Below the pieces are notes generated by a model. The model worked only from the letters and a program-made list of their open reading frames with translations, was not told the DNA's origin and did not search any database. Positions 38,474-48,916 of a stretch of 54,171 nucleotides of DNA are shown here, piece by piece. The position numbers were made by a program, and so were the translations under genes. Origin of the DNA: Deltaproteobacteria bacterium (GTDB taxonomy: Bacteria > Myxococcota_A > UBA9160 > SMWR01); contig JAQBGU010000225.1 of the NCBI GenBank assembly GCA_032128375.1, positions 1-54,171 on the forward strand. The letters run 5' to 3'. Numbering within the stretch: the stretch's first letter is position 1; every line of letters starts with the position of its first letter.

Positions 38474-40843
38474 CTAGGCGCGCATCCGGACCAGCAGCGC
38501 CGGGAGCAGGATCAGGTCCGTCGTCAGGCACACGAACATCGTCAACGCCGTCAGGTAACCGAATTCGCGCAGAGTCGCGAAGCCCGAGGCGAGGATGACC
38601 ATGAAGCCCACGACCAGCATTACGCTGGTCATGATGATCGGTCGCCCGACCTGACGGATGCAGTACTGTGCGGCCGATTCGGGGTCGAGTCCATCGGATC
38701 GCTGTTTCCGATAGGCGACCAGGAAGTGCATCGTGTCGTCGACTGCAATACCCAGTGCGATGCTTCCGATCAGGCTGGTCGGTAGCGACAGCGGCGCGAT
38801 ACCGGAACCCAGGATTCCGAAGAACAGCAGCACTGGGACGATGTTAGGCACCATCGAGATGAACCCGATGGGAATCGAACGGAACGCGATGCAGATCAGA
38901 ATCAGTATCGTCAAGGAAGCGAAACCTATTTGTGTCGCCTGGTTACCAGCGATGCCATCGGCACTACGGTTGAGCAGGATCGCATTGCCCGTGACTCCAG
39001 TCGTGAATCCATCGGGCAGGTCGGCATCGGCGAGTACACGTTGGAGTCGGCTCTCGAGCGCGCGCACGGCCGCCGAACCGGCCTGGCCGGTTCGAACGAT
39101 CAGGTTGCCGCGGCTGTGATTCGAGGTCGTAAAGCGCCGGAGTTTTGCCTTGGGCAGCACGAAGGTGGCCTCGGCGAGGGCACTTCGCGTCTCTGGAATG
39201 CGCGCCTGCTCTTCGTCTCCACGGGACGTCGCACGGTTGACCACGCGAACGAGATCGACTGAAGACAGCACCTGGCTGACGCCATCGACCTGCTCGAGTT
39301 GGGACTGGAGCCGCTCGATGGCGAGTAGCGTCTCGGGCTCTCGGAAGGCGCCCTCTTCGGTTCCCGACGCGAGCACGTAGATGGGTACAGCGCCGGTAAG
39401 CAGTTCATTGACCGCCGCGAAGTCTGTTCGCACCGGCGAGTCCTTCAGGAAGAACGTAATTACGTCGGTGTCGATCACGATTCGGGGGATCAAAAAAGCG
39501 GCTGCAACCGTGAGTGCGCCCCAAAACACCAGCACGCGGGTCGGCTGGCCAGTCGAGAACCGCGCGATCGATTCGAGGATGCGATCGAGCTGTCGGCCGA
39601 ACCAGACGCTCACCGCTGATTGCGCAGCCGCTGCGTCCGACGTGTTGAACGCGCTCGGCAACCAGGCGAGCGCCGCAGGTACACCGGTGAGCGAGATCAG
39701 CGTCACCGCTGCGACGCCCAGTATCGAGAATGCGCCCAACTGGTTGGTGGCCGGGATGTCCGTCAACAGCAGCGCACCGAAACCGATGACGGTCGTAAAG
39801 CCCGCCATGATAACCGGCGTACGCGCGTACAACAGACAGTCGAGCGCCGCAGAACGCGCATCGACCGATTCCGCGGCGATTATCTCGTAGCGAGCGTAGA
39901 CGTGGACCCCGTAGACGCTACCGATGCAGATCATCATCGAACCGAGCACCAGTGTAATCAAGTTGATATCGATGTGTAGCGTCGCCATCGCACCGAAGAC
40001 CCAAAGCGTCGCCATCAGGCACGAAACCAACGGCAGCAATACGCCGAGTAGCGAGCCTGACATCAACCACAGCGTGATCGCAGCGATCACGACGGCGATC
40101 GGAACGAGCGTGGCCATGTCGTGCACCATCAAGTGATAGGCCTGCGAGCGCACATGGGGGCGCCCGGCGATGTAGAAAACCTGGTCGCCGCCGGATTCCT
40201 GATCGAGTAGCGCCGCGATCCGTCCGTCGAGATCCAGCGCGACGAACTCCGCATCCGTCATGGGCTGAAACGTGATGTTGATCGCTGTCGTTCGCCCGTC
40301 CGCGGAGATCAGGGTCTTCCGATAAATCGGGTCTGCCAGTGCGCGTTCGCGGAGTTCTTCGAGGCCGGCCGAGTCGCTGGGCACCTGCCGAAAAAAACGC
40401 GATATGTCCACCAGATCGCGATCGGGGTCGTATCGGATGGCCAATACCCTTGCCAGGCTCTCGACTTCTGCGATACCGGGTAGCCGTTGCAGCTCGTTGG
40501 TCAATCGCAGCAGCGTTTCGAGGTTGATTTGGGTGAAGACGTCTTCGGCCTGCATCGCGATCACATAGACATCATCGTTGCCGAAATCGCGGGTGGCTCT
40601 TTCATAGATCGGAATACCGGGGTCGTTGCGACCGATCAACGGCTCGCTCGCCGGATCGACATCGATCGTGAATCCAAGCGGGTCGGTGCGAACGAGCACC
40701 GCGAGTGAAGCGATGCTGACCGCAGTGAGGACCGCGATGGTGACCTGTGGGTTATCGATCACCAGATCCGGTCGCACGATCGTGAGAACGATCCCGCCCG
40801 CCAGGAAGAGAGTCGCAACGAGAGCGAAGGAGACCGGTTCCAC
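38474..40843 (-). CDS. MMPL/RND-family transporter
   Basis: Two repeats of periplasmic domain plus TM bundle; 'IGSIALGIAVDDTMHF' motif; GRPIIMTS and GFATLREFG. Confidence 0.9.
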   Translation of the reverse strand: MEPVSFALVATLFLAGGIVLTIVRPDLVIDNPQVTIAVLTAVSIASLAVLVRTDPLGFTIDVDPASEPLIGRNDPGIPIYERATRDFGNDDVYVIAMQAEDVFTQINLETLLRLTNELQRLPGIAEVESLARVLAIRYDPDRDLVDISRFFRQVPSDSAGLEELRERALADPIYRKTLISADGRTTAINITFQPMTDAEFVALDLDGRIAALLDQESGGDQVFYIAGRPHVRSQAYHLMVHDMATLVPIAVVIAAITLWLMSGSLLGVLLPLVSCLMATLWVFGAMATLHIDINLITLVLGSMMICIGSVYGVHVYARYEIIAAESVDARSAALDCLLYARTPVIMAGFTTVIGFGALLLTDIPATNQLGAFSILGVAAVTLISLTGVPAALAWLPSAFNTSDAAAAQSAVSVWFGRQLDRILESIARFSTGQPTRVLVFWGALTVAAAFLIPRIVIDTDVITFFLKDSPVRTDFAAVNELLTGAVPIYVLASGTEEGAFREPETLLAIERLQSQLEQVDGVSQVLSSVDLVRVVNRATSRGDEEQARIPETRSALAEATFVLPKAKLRRFTTSNHSRGNLIVRTGQAGSAAVRALESRLQRVLADADLPDGFTTGVTGNAILLNRSADGIAGNQATQIGFASLTILILICIAFRSIPIGFISMVPNIVPVLLFFGILGSGIAPLSLPTSLIGSIALGIAVDDTMHFLVAYRKQRSDGLDPESAAQYCIRQVGRPIIMTSVMLVVGFMVILASGFATLREFGYLTALTMFVCLTTDLILLPALLVRMRA

Positions 40844-41252
40844 CAGATCGGTCCCCTATTGACCCAGAGACCGCGGGGAGGTCGAATTCCCTGCATCGGC
40901 AGCGTTTGGTTCTACGGCCTCGACTTCCGTTTTGACAGCGCCAGAGCTGGATCGAATCAATACGCCCCCCGAGAGTTCGCTCATTTCATCCTATTTATGC
41001 TGACTCGGCCAGAGCCGGGCCTTGATCCGGACGCATCGGAACCCAATACTTCCGAACCGCTTGGCCTGCGAGCGGGGTCTATTGGCGGGGCGAGGTGAGC
41101 CCTGGGACCAGGTTCGAGTTGTGGGTTGATGGGCCCTTTGCAACTTGACGGCAACCGACGACGACTGACAAGTCAACCAGGGCTCCGCGTGGGGCGTAGA
41201 CGAGGCATATCTCGGGTGCTCGCACCCGGCCATGGATTCAGGGGGAAAGCGC

Positions 41253-42236
41253 ATGTCCGAAGGATCTTCGCAGATCACCGAACAGCAGGCACAGCTGTGC
41301 GGTGATTTGATGAGCGAGGTTGGCAAGGTGTTGGTCGGCCAGGAATCGATGGTTTCGCGACTGCTGATCGGCCTGCTGACCGGCGGTCACGTGCTGCTCG
41401 AAGGCGTGCCGGGACTGGCCAAGACGCTGACCGTTCGCACGCTGGCCCAAGCGATCGATACCGGATTTTCGCGGATCCAATTCACCCCCGACATGCTGCC
41501 GGCCGATGTCCTCGGGACCGAGGTTTTCAACCCGCGGGACGCCACCTACAGCGTCAAGCGGGGGCCGATTTTTTCCAATTTGATTCTGGCCGACGAAATC
41601 AACCGCGCACCCGCCAAAGTGCAGTCGGCACTGCTCGAGGCGATGCAGGAGCGCCAGGTCACGATCGGCACCACGACTTTTCCGCTCGCAGAGCCGTTTC
41701 TGGTGCTGGCGACCCAGAACCCGATCGAGCAAGAAGGCACCTATCCGCTTCCCGAGGCGCAAGTCGACCGGTTCATGCTGAAGGTCAAGGTCGGCTACCC
41801 CACCAAGCAGGAAGAGCGCAAGATCCTCGACCGGATGGCCAGCGGCCATGCCGAGCCGCAGGCCCGCTCGGTCGCCAGCGCCGACGACATTTTTGCCGCT
41901 CGCCAGTCGGTGGATCAGGTGTTCATCGACGAGAAGGTGTGCAGCTACATCATCGACCTGGTTCACGCGACCCGAGACCCGGCCAAAGCGGGCATCGCCG
42001 AACTCGACGGCATGATCGAGATGGGCGCCAGCCCGCGCGCTTCGATCTTCCTGACCAAGGCCGCGAAGGCACACGCGTTCTTGCAGGGTCGCAACTACGC
42101 TACGCCACACGACGTAAAGAACGTCGCGCCGGATGTGCTTCGACATCGCATCGTGTTGACGTACGAGGCGGAGGCAGAGGGAAAGAGCGCAGACGACATC
42201 GTCGATCGGATCCTGATCGGGATTCTCGTCCCGTAG
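41253..42236 (+). CDS. MoxR-family AAA+ ATPase
   Basis: GHVLLEGVPGLAKT, RIQFTPD, ADEINRAPAKVQSALLEAM, ATQNPIEQEGTYPLPEAQ and GASPR motifs. Confidence 0.96.
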   Translation: MSEGSSQITEQQAQLCGDLMSEVGKVLVGQESMVSRLLIGLLTGGHVLLEGVPGLAKTLTVRTLAQAIDTGFSRIQFTPDMLPADVLGTEVFNPRDATYSVKRGPIFSNLILADEINRAPAKVQSALLEAMQERQVTIGTTTFPLAEPFLVLATQNPIEQEGTYPLPEAQVDRFMLKVKVGYPTKQEERKILDRMASGHAEPQARSVASADDIFAARQSVDQVFIDEKVCSYIIDLVHATRDPAKAGIAELDGMIEMGASPRASIFLTKAAKAHAFLQGRNYATPHDVKNVAPDVLRHRIVLTYEAEAEGKSADDIVDRILIGILVP

Positions 42237-42254
42237 AGCGATTGGGTCGAATTC

Positions 42255-43390
<1,136 letters not shown>

Positions 43391-43394
<4 letters not shown>

Positions 43395-44389
43395 TCGGTT
43401 GGCTATCCGCATTTTTGCTGTTGGCAGTGCCGGCCCACGCCGATCCACTCGAGACGCGGGTCGAAAGCGGACCGGTGTCGGCCCTCGTACGGCTTTCGCC
43501 GTCAGAGCCTGCGATCGGTGACCCGTTGATGCTCGAGCTCGAAGTTCGCGCCGAATCGGAGATCGAGTTGCTGATGCCAGAATTCGGCGAGGCGCTCGAT
43601 CGGTACGCCGTCGTCGATTTTTCTCATTCCGAGCGGGCGGATGATCAGGGCGGGACTGTTTCGGTCCAGCGCTACACATTGCAGCCAGCGCGGTCCGGGC
43701 CGCAGTCGATCCCCCCGTTGCTCGTCGAATTCATCGATCGCCGCCCGGGTCGCGATCCGGCGCCGGAAGGCGAGGACGCGTATGAGCTTCTGACCGAGGC
43801 GTTAGAATTTGCGGTCGCCAGCGTTTTGGCCGACGATGCGCCGCTCGAGTTTCGCCCCGCACTGGGTACACTCGGCCCGCTGAGAACAGGCCAGCGCAAC
43901 CTCTGGGTCTGGCTGGCGGTGGCCGCGGCTGCACTCGGGGTGGCGGTCGCGCTGGTGTACCGCGGCGGGACGATGTGGAGCGCGCGAGCACGCCGCACCA
44001 GTGCGTACGACACTGCACGGTCCGAGCTCAACGCGCTGCTGATGGCGCCGCGACCGACCGACGCCGAGATGGACGCGTTCTTCGTCAGGCTATCAGGCGT
44101 CATCCGTCGCTACCTCGAAGACCGCTTTGCTCTGCGCTCGCCCGAGTTGACGACCGAAGAGTTCCTCGACGAACTGGCCGCATCGCCGGACTTGCTGCGT
44201 TCGCATCAGAAGGTCCTGCGCGATTTCCTCCGCCGCGCAGATCTGGTGAAGTTCGCCCACTACCTGCCGACATCCAGTGACGTCGAAGATTCGTTGGATA
44301 CGGCTCGACGTTTTCTCGAGGCGACACGTGGCGACCCCGAGATCCGAGCCGGGTCGCCCAGCTCCGCTTTTGGAACGGCTCGTGCTTGA
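43391..44389 (+). CDS. Bat-operon accessory membrane protein (signal peptide, beta-sandwich, one TM helix, cytoplasmic helical domain)
   Basis: Signal 'MIGWLSAFLLLAVPAHA'; TM 'LWVWLAVAAAALGVAVALVY'; C-terminal 'IRRYLE.RF...PELTTEEFL...ADLVKFA'; sits between DUF58 and BatA. Confidence 0.75.
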
Positions 44390-45398
44390 TTTTCGCGACC
44401 CGCTCTTTTTGCTGATTGGCTTGGTGGCGCCCGTGGTCTACTGGCTCGCGGCGCGACTTCCCGCGGTGATCACGTATTCCAGCCTGTCGTTGGTCGATTC
44501 GGGGTCGCGCTCGCTGCGAACGCGGGTCGCAAAGCTTCCGGCCCTGCTGTTGGCGCTGGCCGCGTTGGCACTTACGATCGCGTTGGCCGGCCCCAGAACC
44601 GGCAATGCCAGTTCGCGACTCCACCGCGAAGGCATCGCGATCGCGATGGTGGTTGACCGATCGGGTTCGATGCAGGCGCGCGACTTCGTACGCGGGAACG
44701 CGAACGTCAGTCGGCTCGACGTCGTCAAGGACGTGTTTCGCGCATTCGTCGAAGGGGAGGGCGGCCAGGGCGGCCGGCCCGACGACCTGGTCGGACTGGT
44801 CACGTTTGCGCGCTACGCAGACGGCTTGTGTCCGCTGACGCTCGACCACGGCAACCTGCTGTCGATTCTCGCCGATGTAGAGATCGTCACCGAGCCGGAA
44901 GAAGACGGGACTGCGGTCGGCGAAGGTCTCGCGCTTGCGGTCGAAAGACTCCGCAGCATCGAGGTGGCCTCCAAGGTCGCGATCTTGTTGACCGATGGCG
45001 TGAGCAACGCTGGCAATATCGAGCCGTTGCACGCCGCCGACCTGGCCTCGCAGCACGGCATCAAGGTCTACGCGATTGGCGCCGGTACGACCGGGTTGGC
45101 GCCAGTGCCGGTGATGTTGCCGGGCGGGCGGCAAGTGCTGCGCCAGGCGATGGTCGAGATCGACGAGGAGACACTGCGTGAGATCGCTGCTCGAACCGGG
45201 GGCCGCTACTTCCATGCGGCTGGAGCGGATGCGCTTGCAGGAGTCATCGAAGAGATTGATCGGCTCGAGCGAAGCGAAGTCACCGAGATTCGTTACCTGG
45301 TCTACGAGTACCACTACGCCGCTTGGGTGGGTTTGGGAGGCGCACTGATCTTGATCGCGACGGGGCTATCAGGGACTTTGCTGCGGAGGCTCCCGTGA
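44382..45398 (+). CDS. batA: VWA domain membrane protein, BatA-like
   Basis: N-terminal TM 'FRDPLFLL', 'ALAGPR', MIDAS DRSGSM, PLTLDH, GTAVG and LLTDGVSNAG; C-terminal TM. Confidence 0.85.
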   Translation: MLDFRDPLFLLIGLVAPVVYWLAARLPAVITYSSLSLVDSGSRSLRTRVAKLPALLLALAALALTIALAGPRTGNASSRLHREGIAIAMVVDRSGSMQARDFVRGNANVSRLDVVKDVFRAFVEGEGGQGGRPDDLVGLVTFARYADGLCPLTLDHGNLLSILADVEIVTEPEEDGTAVGEGLALAVERLRSIEVASKVAILLTDGVSNAGNIEPLHAADLASQHGIKVYAIGAGTTGLAPVPVMLPGGRQVLRQAMVEIDEETLREIAARTGGRYFHAAGADALAGVIEEIDRLERSEVTEIRYLVYEYHYAAWVGLGGALILIATGLSGTLLRRLP

Positions 45399-48300
45399 GC
45401 GAGTTTCGCTTCGCGGAGCCGGAGTGGATTCACCTGCAGTGGGGCGTGCTGGCGTTCAGCGCTTGGCTTTTGTGGCTGGAGAGCCGCCGTGGCGGTGCGC
45501 TTTCGCAGCTGGTGAGCAGCGCGTTGCAGGATCGACTGGTGCGCCGTCCGACGTCGTGGCGGCGGAGAGCGCGGATCGTCCTGCTCGGTCTGTCGGGTGT
45601 GTGCCTCGTGCTTGCGCTGATGCGTCCGCAGTGGGGCATCCGGCACGTGGCGGCCCAGCGTGTGGGAGCGGAAATCATGATCGCGCTCGACGTTTCCAAG
45701 TCGATGCTCGCCGAGGATGTGGCGCCGAATCGGCTGGATCGAGCGAAGGCTGAAATCGTGGATCTGCTCGGCTACTTGGAGGGAGACCAGGTCGGGTTGA
45801 TCGCGTTCGCGGGTCGGGCGACAGTCATCGCGCCGCTGACCCCGGACTTCAGTTTCTTGCGGCTCGTGCTCGACGGGGTCGGGCCGCACACCATCGCGCG
45901 CGGTGGCACTCGCTTGGAGGAGCCGATACGCAAGGCCGTCAAGGGTTTTGGCGCCTCGGGCGATGCGTCGCGTGCCATCTTGTTGATCACCGATGGGGAA
46001 GATCAAGACTCGTTTCCGCTGGATGCCGCCAAAGCCGCGGCAGAGGCGGGCGTCATCATCATCGCGATCGGCTTCGGCGACGAATCGGGTAGCGAGATCT
46101 ATCTCACAGACCGCGAAACGGGCGCCCGCCAGCTGATCCGGGATGGAGAGGGCCGTCCGGTGCGAAGCCGGCTCGACGGTGATCTGCTGCGCGACATGGC
46201 GATGGCCACTGGCGGCGCCTATGTACCGGCCGGTACCGGCGTGCTGGACCTCGAGTCGATCTATCGTCAACACATAGAAGGGCTGATGGTCGGCGAACTC
46301 GACCCGCGTGGTCGAACCGTTCGCGACGAAGCGTACCAATGGGCCGTGCTGGTCGCGCTGGTCTTTCTGGTGTCCAGTGTGGTGATTACCAGCGGCACCG
46401 CCGGGGTCAGCGCGTCGCTGGTGTTATTCGTTTGGTTTTCGGTGCCGGCCAGCGTGGTGCAGGCGGCTCCGAACGAGCCCACACCGCCGGCGGCCGATTC
46501 CGCTACAAAGCTGGACAGCGACAACGCCGACCCCAAGGATCTCGCCGACCCAGGCGACAGCGATCCGGCTGCCTCCGAAACCGACGGTGAGTCTGCGGCG
46601 AAGACACCGCGCGAAATTTTCAACTTGGGCGTCGCGGCACTCGAACGCGAGGAGTTCGACGAGGGGGCGCGGTACTTCGAACGTGCAAGGCGAGAGGCCT
46701 CCGACGATGGCGAATTGCGATTCGCGGCCTCGTACGATCTCGCGCTGGCGTTCGCCAGCCGTGGGGGTCAGCTCGAATCCGAAAACCCCGCTGACGCGCT
46801 TCAAGCGTACTACACGGCTGCCGACTGGTTTCGAGATGCGATCTCGCAACGGCCTGAACATGAAGACTCCCGAGCAAACCTCGAAGTGGCGCTGCGCAGT
46901 GCGCTGCTGGTCGCGGATCGACTGGCGCGCAAGCCCGAGGGGATTCGAGCCGCGCTCGAAGAACTGGCCGGCAGCCAACGCGAATTGGTAGGCGACCTGG
47001 CCGGATTGCTACAGCTTCTGGCCGACGATCCGGAAATTTTCGCGGCCGATCGGCTGGGCCGAGAATTCCGTGTGCGGGCCACGTCGCAGCGCGCGTTGCT
47101 ATCCGATGCGGAGAGGCTGGCCCGGGAGATCGACACCGAGCGCGAACTGATTGCCAACAAGCCGGACGCAGAGCGCGCCCCAGAAGACCAGATGCGTGCG
47201 ACGCAATTCGAAGCAGTGCTTCACTACCTGCACCGGGCGCGCGAGAAGATGGGGCAGGCGCGGCGTCAACTTCGTCAACGCCAGGGCGGTCGCGCCTATC
47301 GGCGGGGTAGCGACGCGCTCGACGAGTTGAAACGCGCACTCGATCAGCTTCGCAGCCCGGCCCAGCTGCTCGAAGTATTGATCCGCGACGCGAAAACGGT
47401 GACCAACGGGACTGGCGTGCTGGCTTCATCGCAGCACGGATTATCCGCGCAAGCCGCACAGAAGGCGCCCGTGTGGTTGACACCCGAATCGCTCCAGCTC
47501 GACCAACGGCAGGTCGTGGACCGCATCGAAGAACTCGACCAGCGATTGTTGGCGGGGCTGAACCAGGAGTTGCAACAGCAACAGCAACAACAACAACAAC
47601 AGCAACCGCAACCGCAACAACAACAACAACAGCAACAACCGCAACAGCCAAACCCGGATCCGGCCGCTGAAGAAATTCTGGCATCGATTCGAGACGCGGA
47701 GCCGTTCGTAGCGCGTGCTCACGGCCATTTCGAAGCTGCCGTGGCTGCGATCGAATCGAGCGAACTGCAGGCCGCGCTGCCCTCTCAGATAGATGGGATC
47801 GTCGCGCTGGGCGACGCACGGGAGAGGTTCCTGGATCTTTCTGGACTGATCGAGGCGGCCTACACCGATGAGAAGAGGATCGGAGAAGTGTTGGCCGCGA
47901 TTGGAGAACAAGCTGCCGAAGCACGGGAAGAGTTTCTGCCGACGCTGCGTGAGGTGCAAGCGCGCAATATCGATCGCGCTGAGCGGCTCGGAGCGAAGTT
48001 GGAAACAGAAGCCGCCAAGCCGCCACCCACCGAGCAAGCCGACCCCGATGCCGACGCGATTCGGAAGCAGCGCTTCGAACTCGCGGGGCAACTGTTGACG
48101 CTGACACTGGCGCAGATGGACGAAGTCCAACTCGCACTCGGGAGCGAGGCTGATCGTCCTGTGTCGTGGTCGGGAGCGAGCGAAGCCAGTGCCGCGACGA
48201 TCGGCCACCTCGAATCACTGCGACGCTTGTTTCTGTCGATCACCGAACTCTTACGCGACGCCATCCGCGAACAACTGGAACTCACGGATGCGACCCAAGA

Positions 48301-48916
48301 TGCCGCCGCTCTGGCTTCGCAAGCCGCCGCGTCAGGTTCGGACGCCGCCGCGGCGGGAGTCGAATCGCTCTCGGCGCAACAGCAGGTGCTCGCGATCCGC
48401 GCGGGGCAGTTGGCCGACGGGCTCGAAGAACAGTCGAACCAGTCAGGTGGCGTGCTCGAGGAGGAGGCCGACGGTAAGGAAACCAGCCAGAGGCTGAGAG
48501 CGGCCGGTGAGCACGTGTTGTTCGCACAGACCGAAATGGAGGGAGGGGTCACTGGACTCAACTCACAGCCGCCCGAGTTCGAGTCGACCCACGGGCGCCA
48601 GGCCGCCGCGGTCGCTGAACTCGAATTGGCGCTGGCGGAACTGGTGCCTCCGGAAGAGCGGAACCAGCCGGAGGAAAACGGTCAGCAACAGCAAGATCAA
48701 CAGCAGCAAGAACAGCAACAAGAACAACAACAACAACAACAAGAACAACAAGAACAACAACAGGAACAACCAGAACCCGGCGAGGACGAGTCGCAACAAC
48801 CGAACGCCGACCCGGCTCAGATGCTCCAAGAGGTTCGCGATCGCGAAGCGCAGCGGCGGCGACACCGCGAGCAGCGCGGCGCGCCGGGCTACGAGACGGT
48901 AGAGAGGGACTGGTGA
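45395..48916 (+). CDS. BatB-like VWA protein fused to a BatC-like TPR region, long helical domain and Gln-rich tail
   Basis: 'ALMRPQWG', MIDAS DVSKSM, 'PNRLDRAK', ITDGED; TM; TPR 'FNLGVAAL...ASYDLALA...SRANLEVA'; ends in 'VERDW' like the BatC C-terminus. Confidence 0.8.
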   Translation: MSEFRFAEPEWIHLQWGVLAFSAWLLWLESRRGGALSQLVSSALQDRLVRRPTSWRRRARIVLLGLSGVCLVLALMRPQWGIRHVAAQRVGAEIMIALDVSKSMLAEDVAPNRLDRAKAEIVDLLGYLEGDQVGLIAFAGRATVIAPLTPDFSFLRLVLDGVGPHTIARGGTRLEEPIRKAVKGFGASGDASRAILLITDGEDQDSFPLDAAKAAAEAGVIIIAIGFGDESGSEIYLTDRETGARQLIRDGEGRPVRSRLDGDLLRDMAMATGGAYVPAGTGVLDLESIYRQHIEGLMVGELDPRGRTVRDEAYQWAVLVALVFLVSSVVITSGTAGVSASLVLFVWFSVPASVVQAAPNEPTPPAADSATKLDSDNADPKDLADPGDSDPAASETDGESAAKTPREIFNLGVAALEREEFDEGARYFERARREASDDGELRFAASYDLALAFASRGGQLESENPADALQAYYTAADWFRDAISQRPEHEDSRANLEVALRSALLVADRLARKPEGIRAALEELAGSQRELVGDLAGLLQLLADDPEIFAADRLGREFRVRATSQRALLSDAERLAREIDTERELIANKPDAERAPEDQMRATQFEAVLHYLHRAREKMGQARRQLRQRQGGRAYRRGSDALDELKRALDQLRSPAQLLEVLIRDAKTVTNGTGVLASSQHGLSAQAAQKAPVWLTPESLQLDQRQVVDRIEELDQRLLAGLNQELQQQQQQQQQQQPQPQQQQQQQQPQQPNPDPAAEEILASIRDAEPFVARAHGHFEAAVAAIESSELQAALPSQIDGIVALGDARERFLDLSGLIEAAYTDEKRIGEVLAAIGEQAAEAREEFLPTLREVQARNIDRAERLGAKLETEAAKPPPTEQADPDADAIRKQRFELAGQLLTLTLAQMDEVQLALGSEADRPVSWSGASEASAATIGHLESLRRLFLSITELLRDAIREQLELTDATQDAAALASQAAASGSDAAAAGVESLSAQQQVLAIRAGQLADGLEEQSNQSGGVLEEEADGKETSQRLRAAGEHVLFAQTEMEGGVTGLNSQPPEFESTHGRQAAAVAELELALAELVPPEERNQPEENGQQQQDQQQQEQQQEQQQQQQEQQEQQQEQPEPGEDESQQPNADPAQMLQEVRDREAQRRRHREQRGAPGYETVERDW
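47573..47647 (+). repeat. CAA/CAG-rich trinucleotide tract (polyQ/QP)
   Basis: Encodes QQQQQQQQQQQPQPQQQQQQQQPQQ. Confidence 0.95.
48683..48769 (+). repeat. CAA/GAA-rich tract (Q/E low complexity)
   Basis: Encodes QQQQDQQQQEQQQEQQQQQQEQQEQQQEQ. Confidence 0.95.

Noticed and set aside
40844..41252. tRNA or ncRNA in the MMPL-MoxR spacer (GGTTCGAG present)
   Set aside because: No cloverleaf, acceptor stem or CCA end can be built around the motif.
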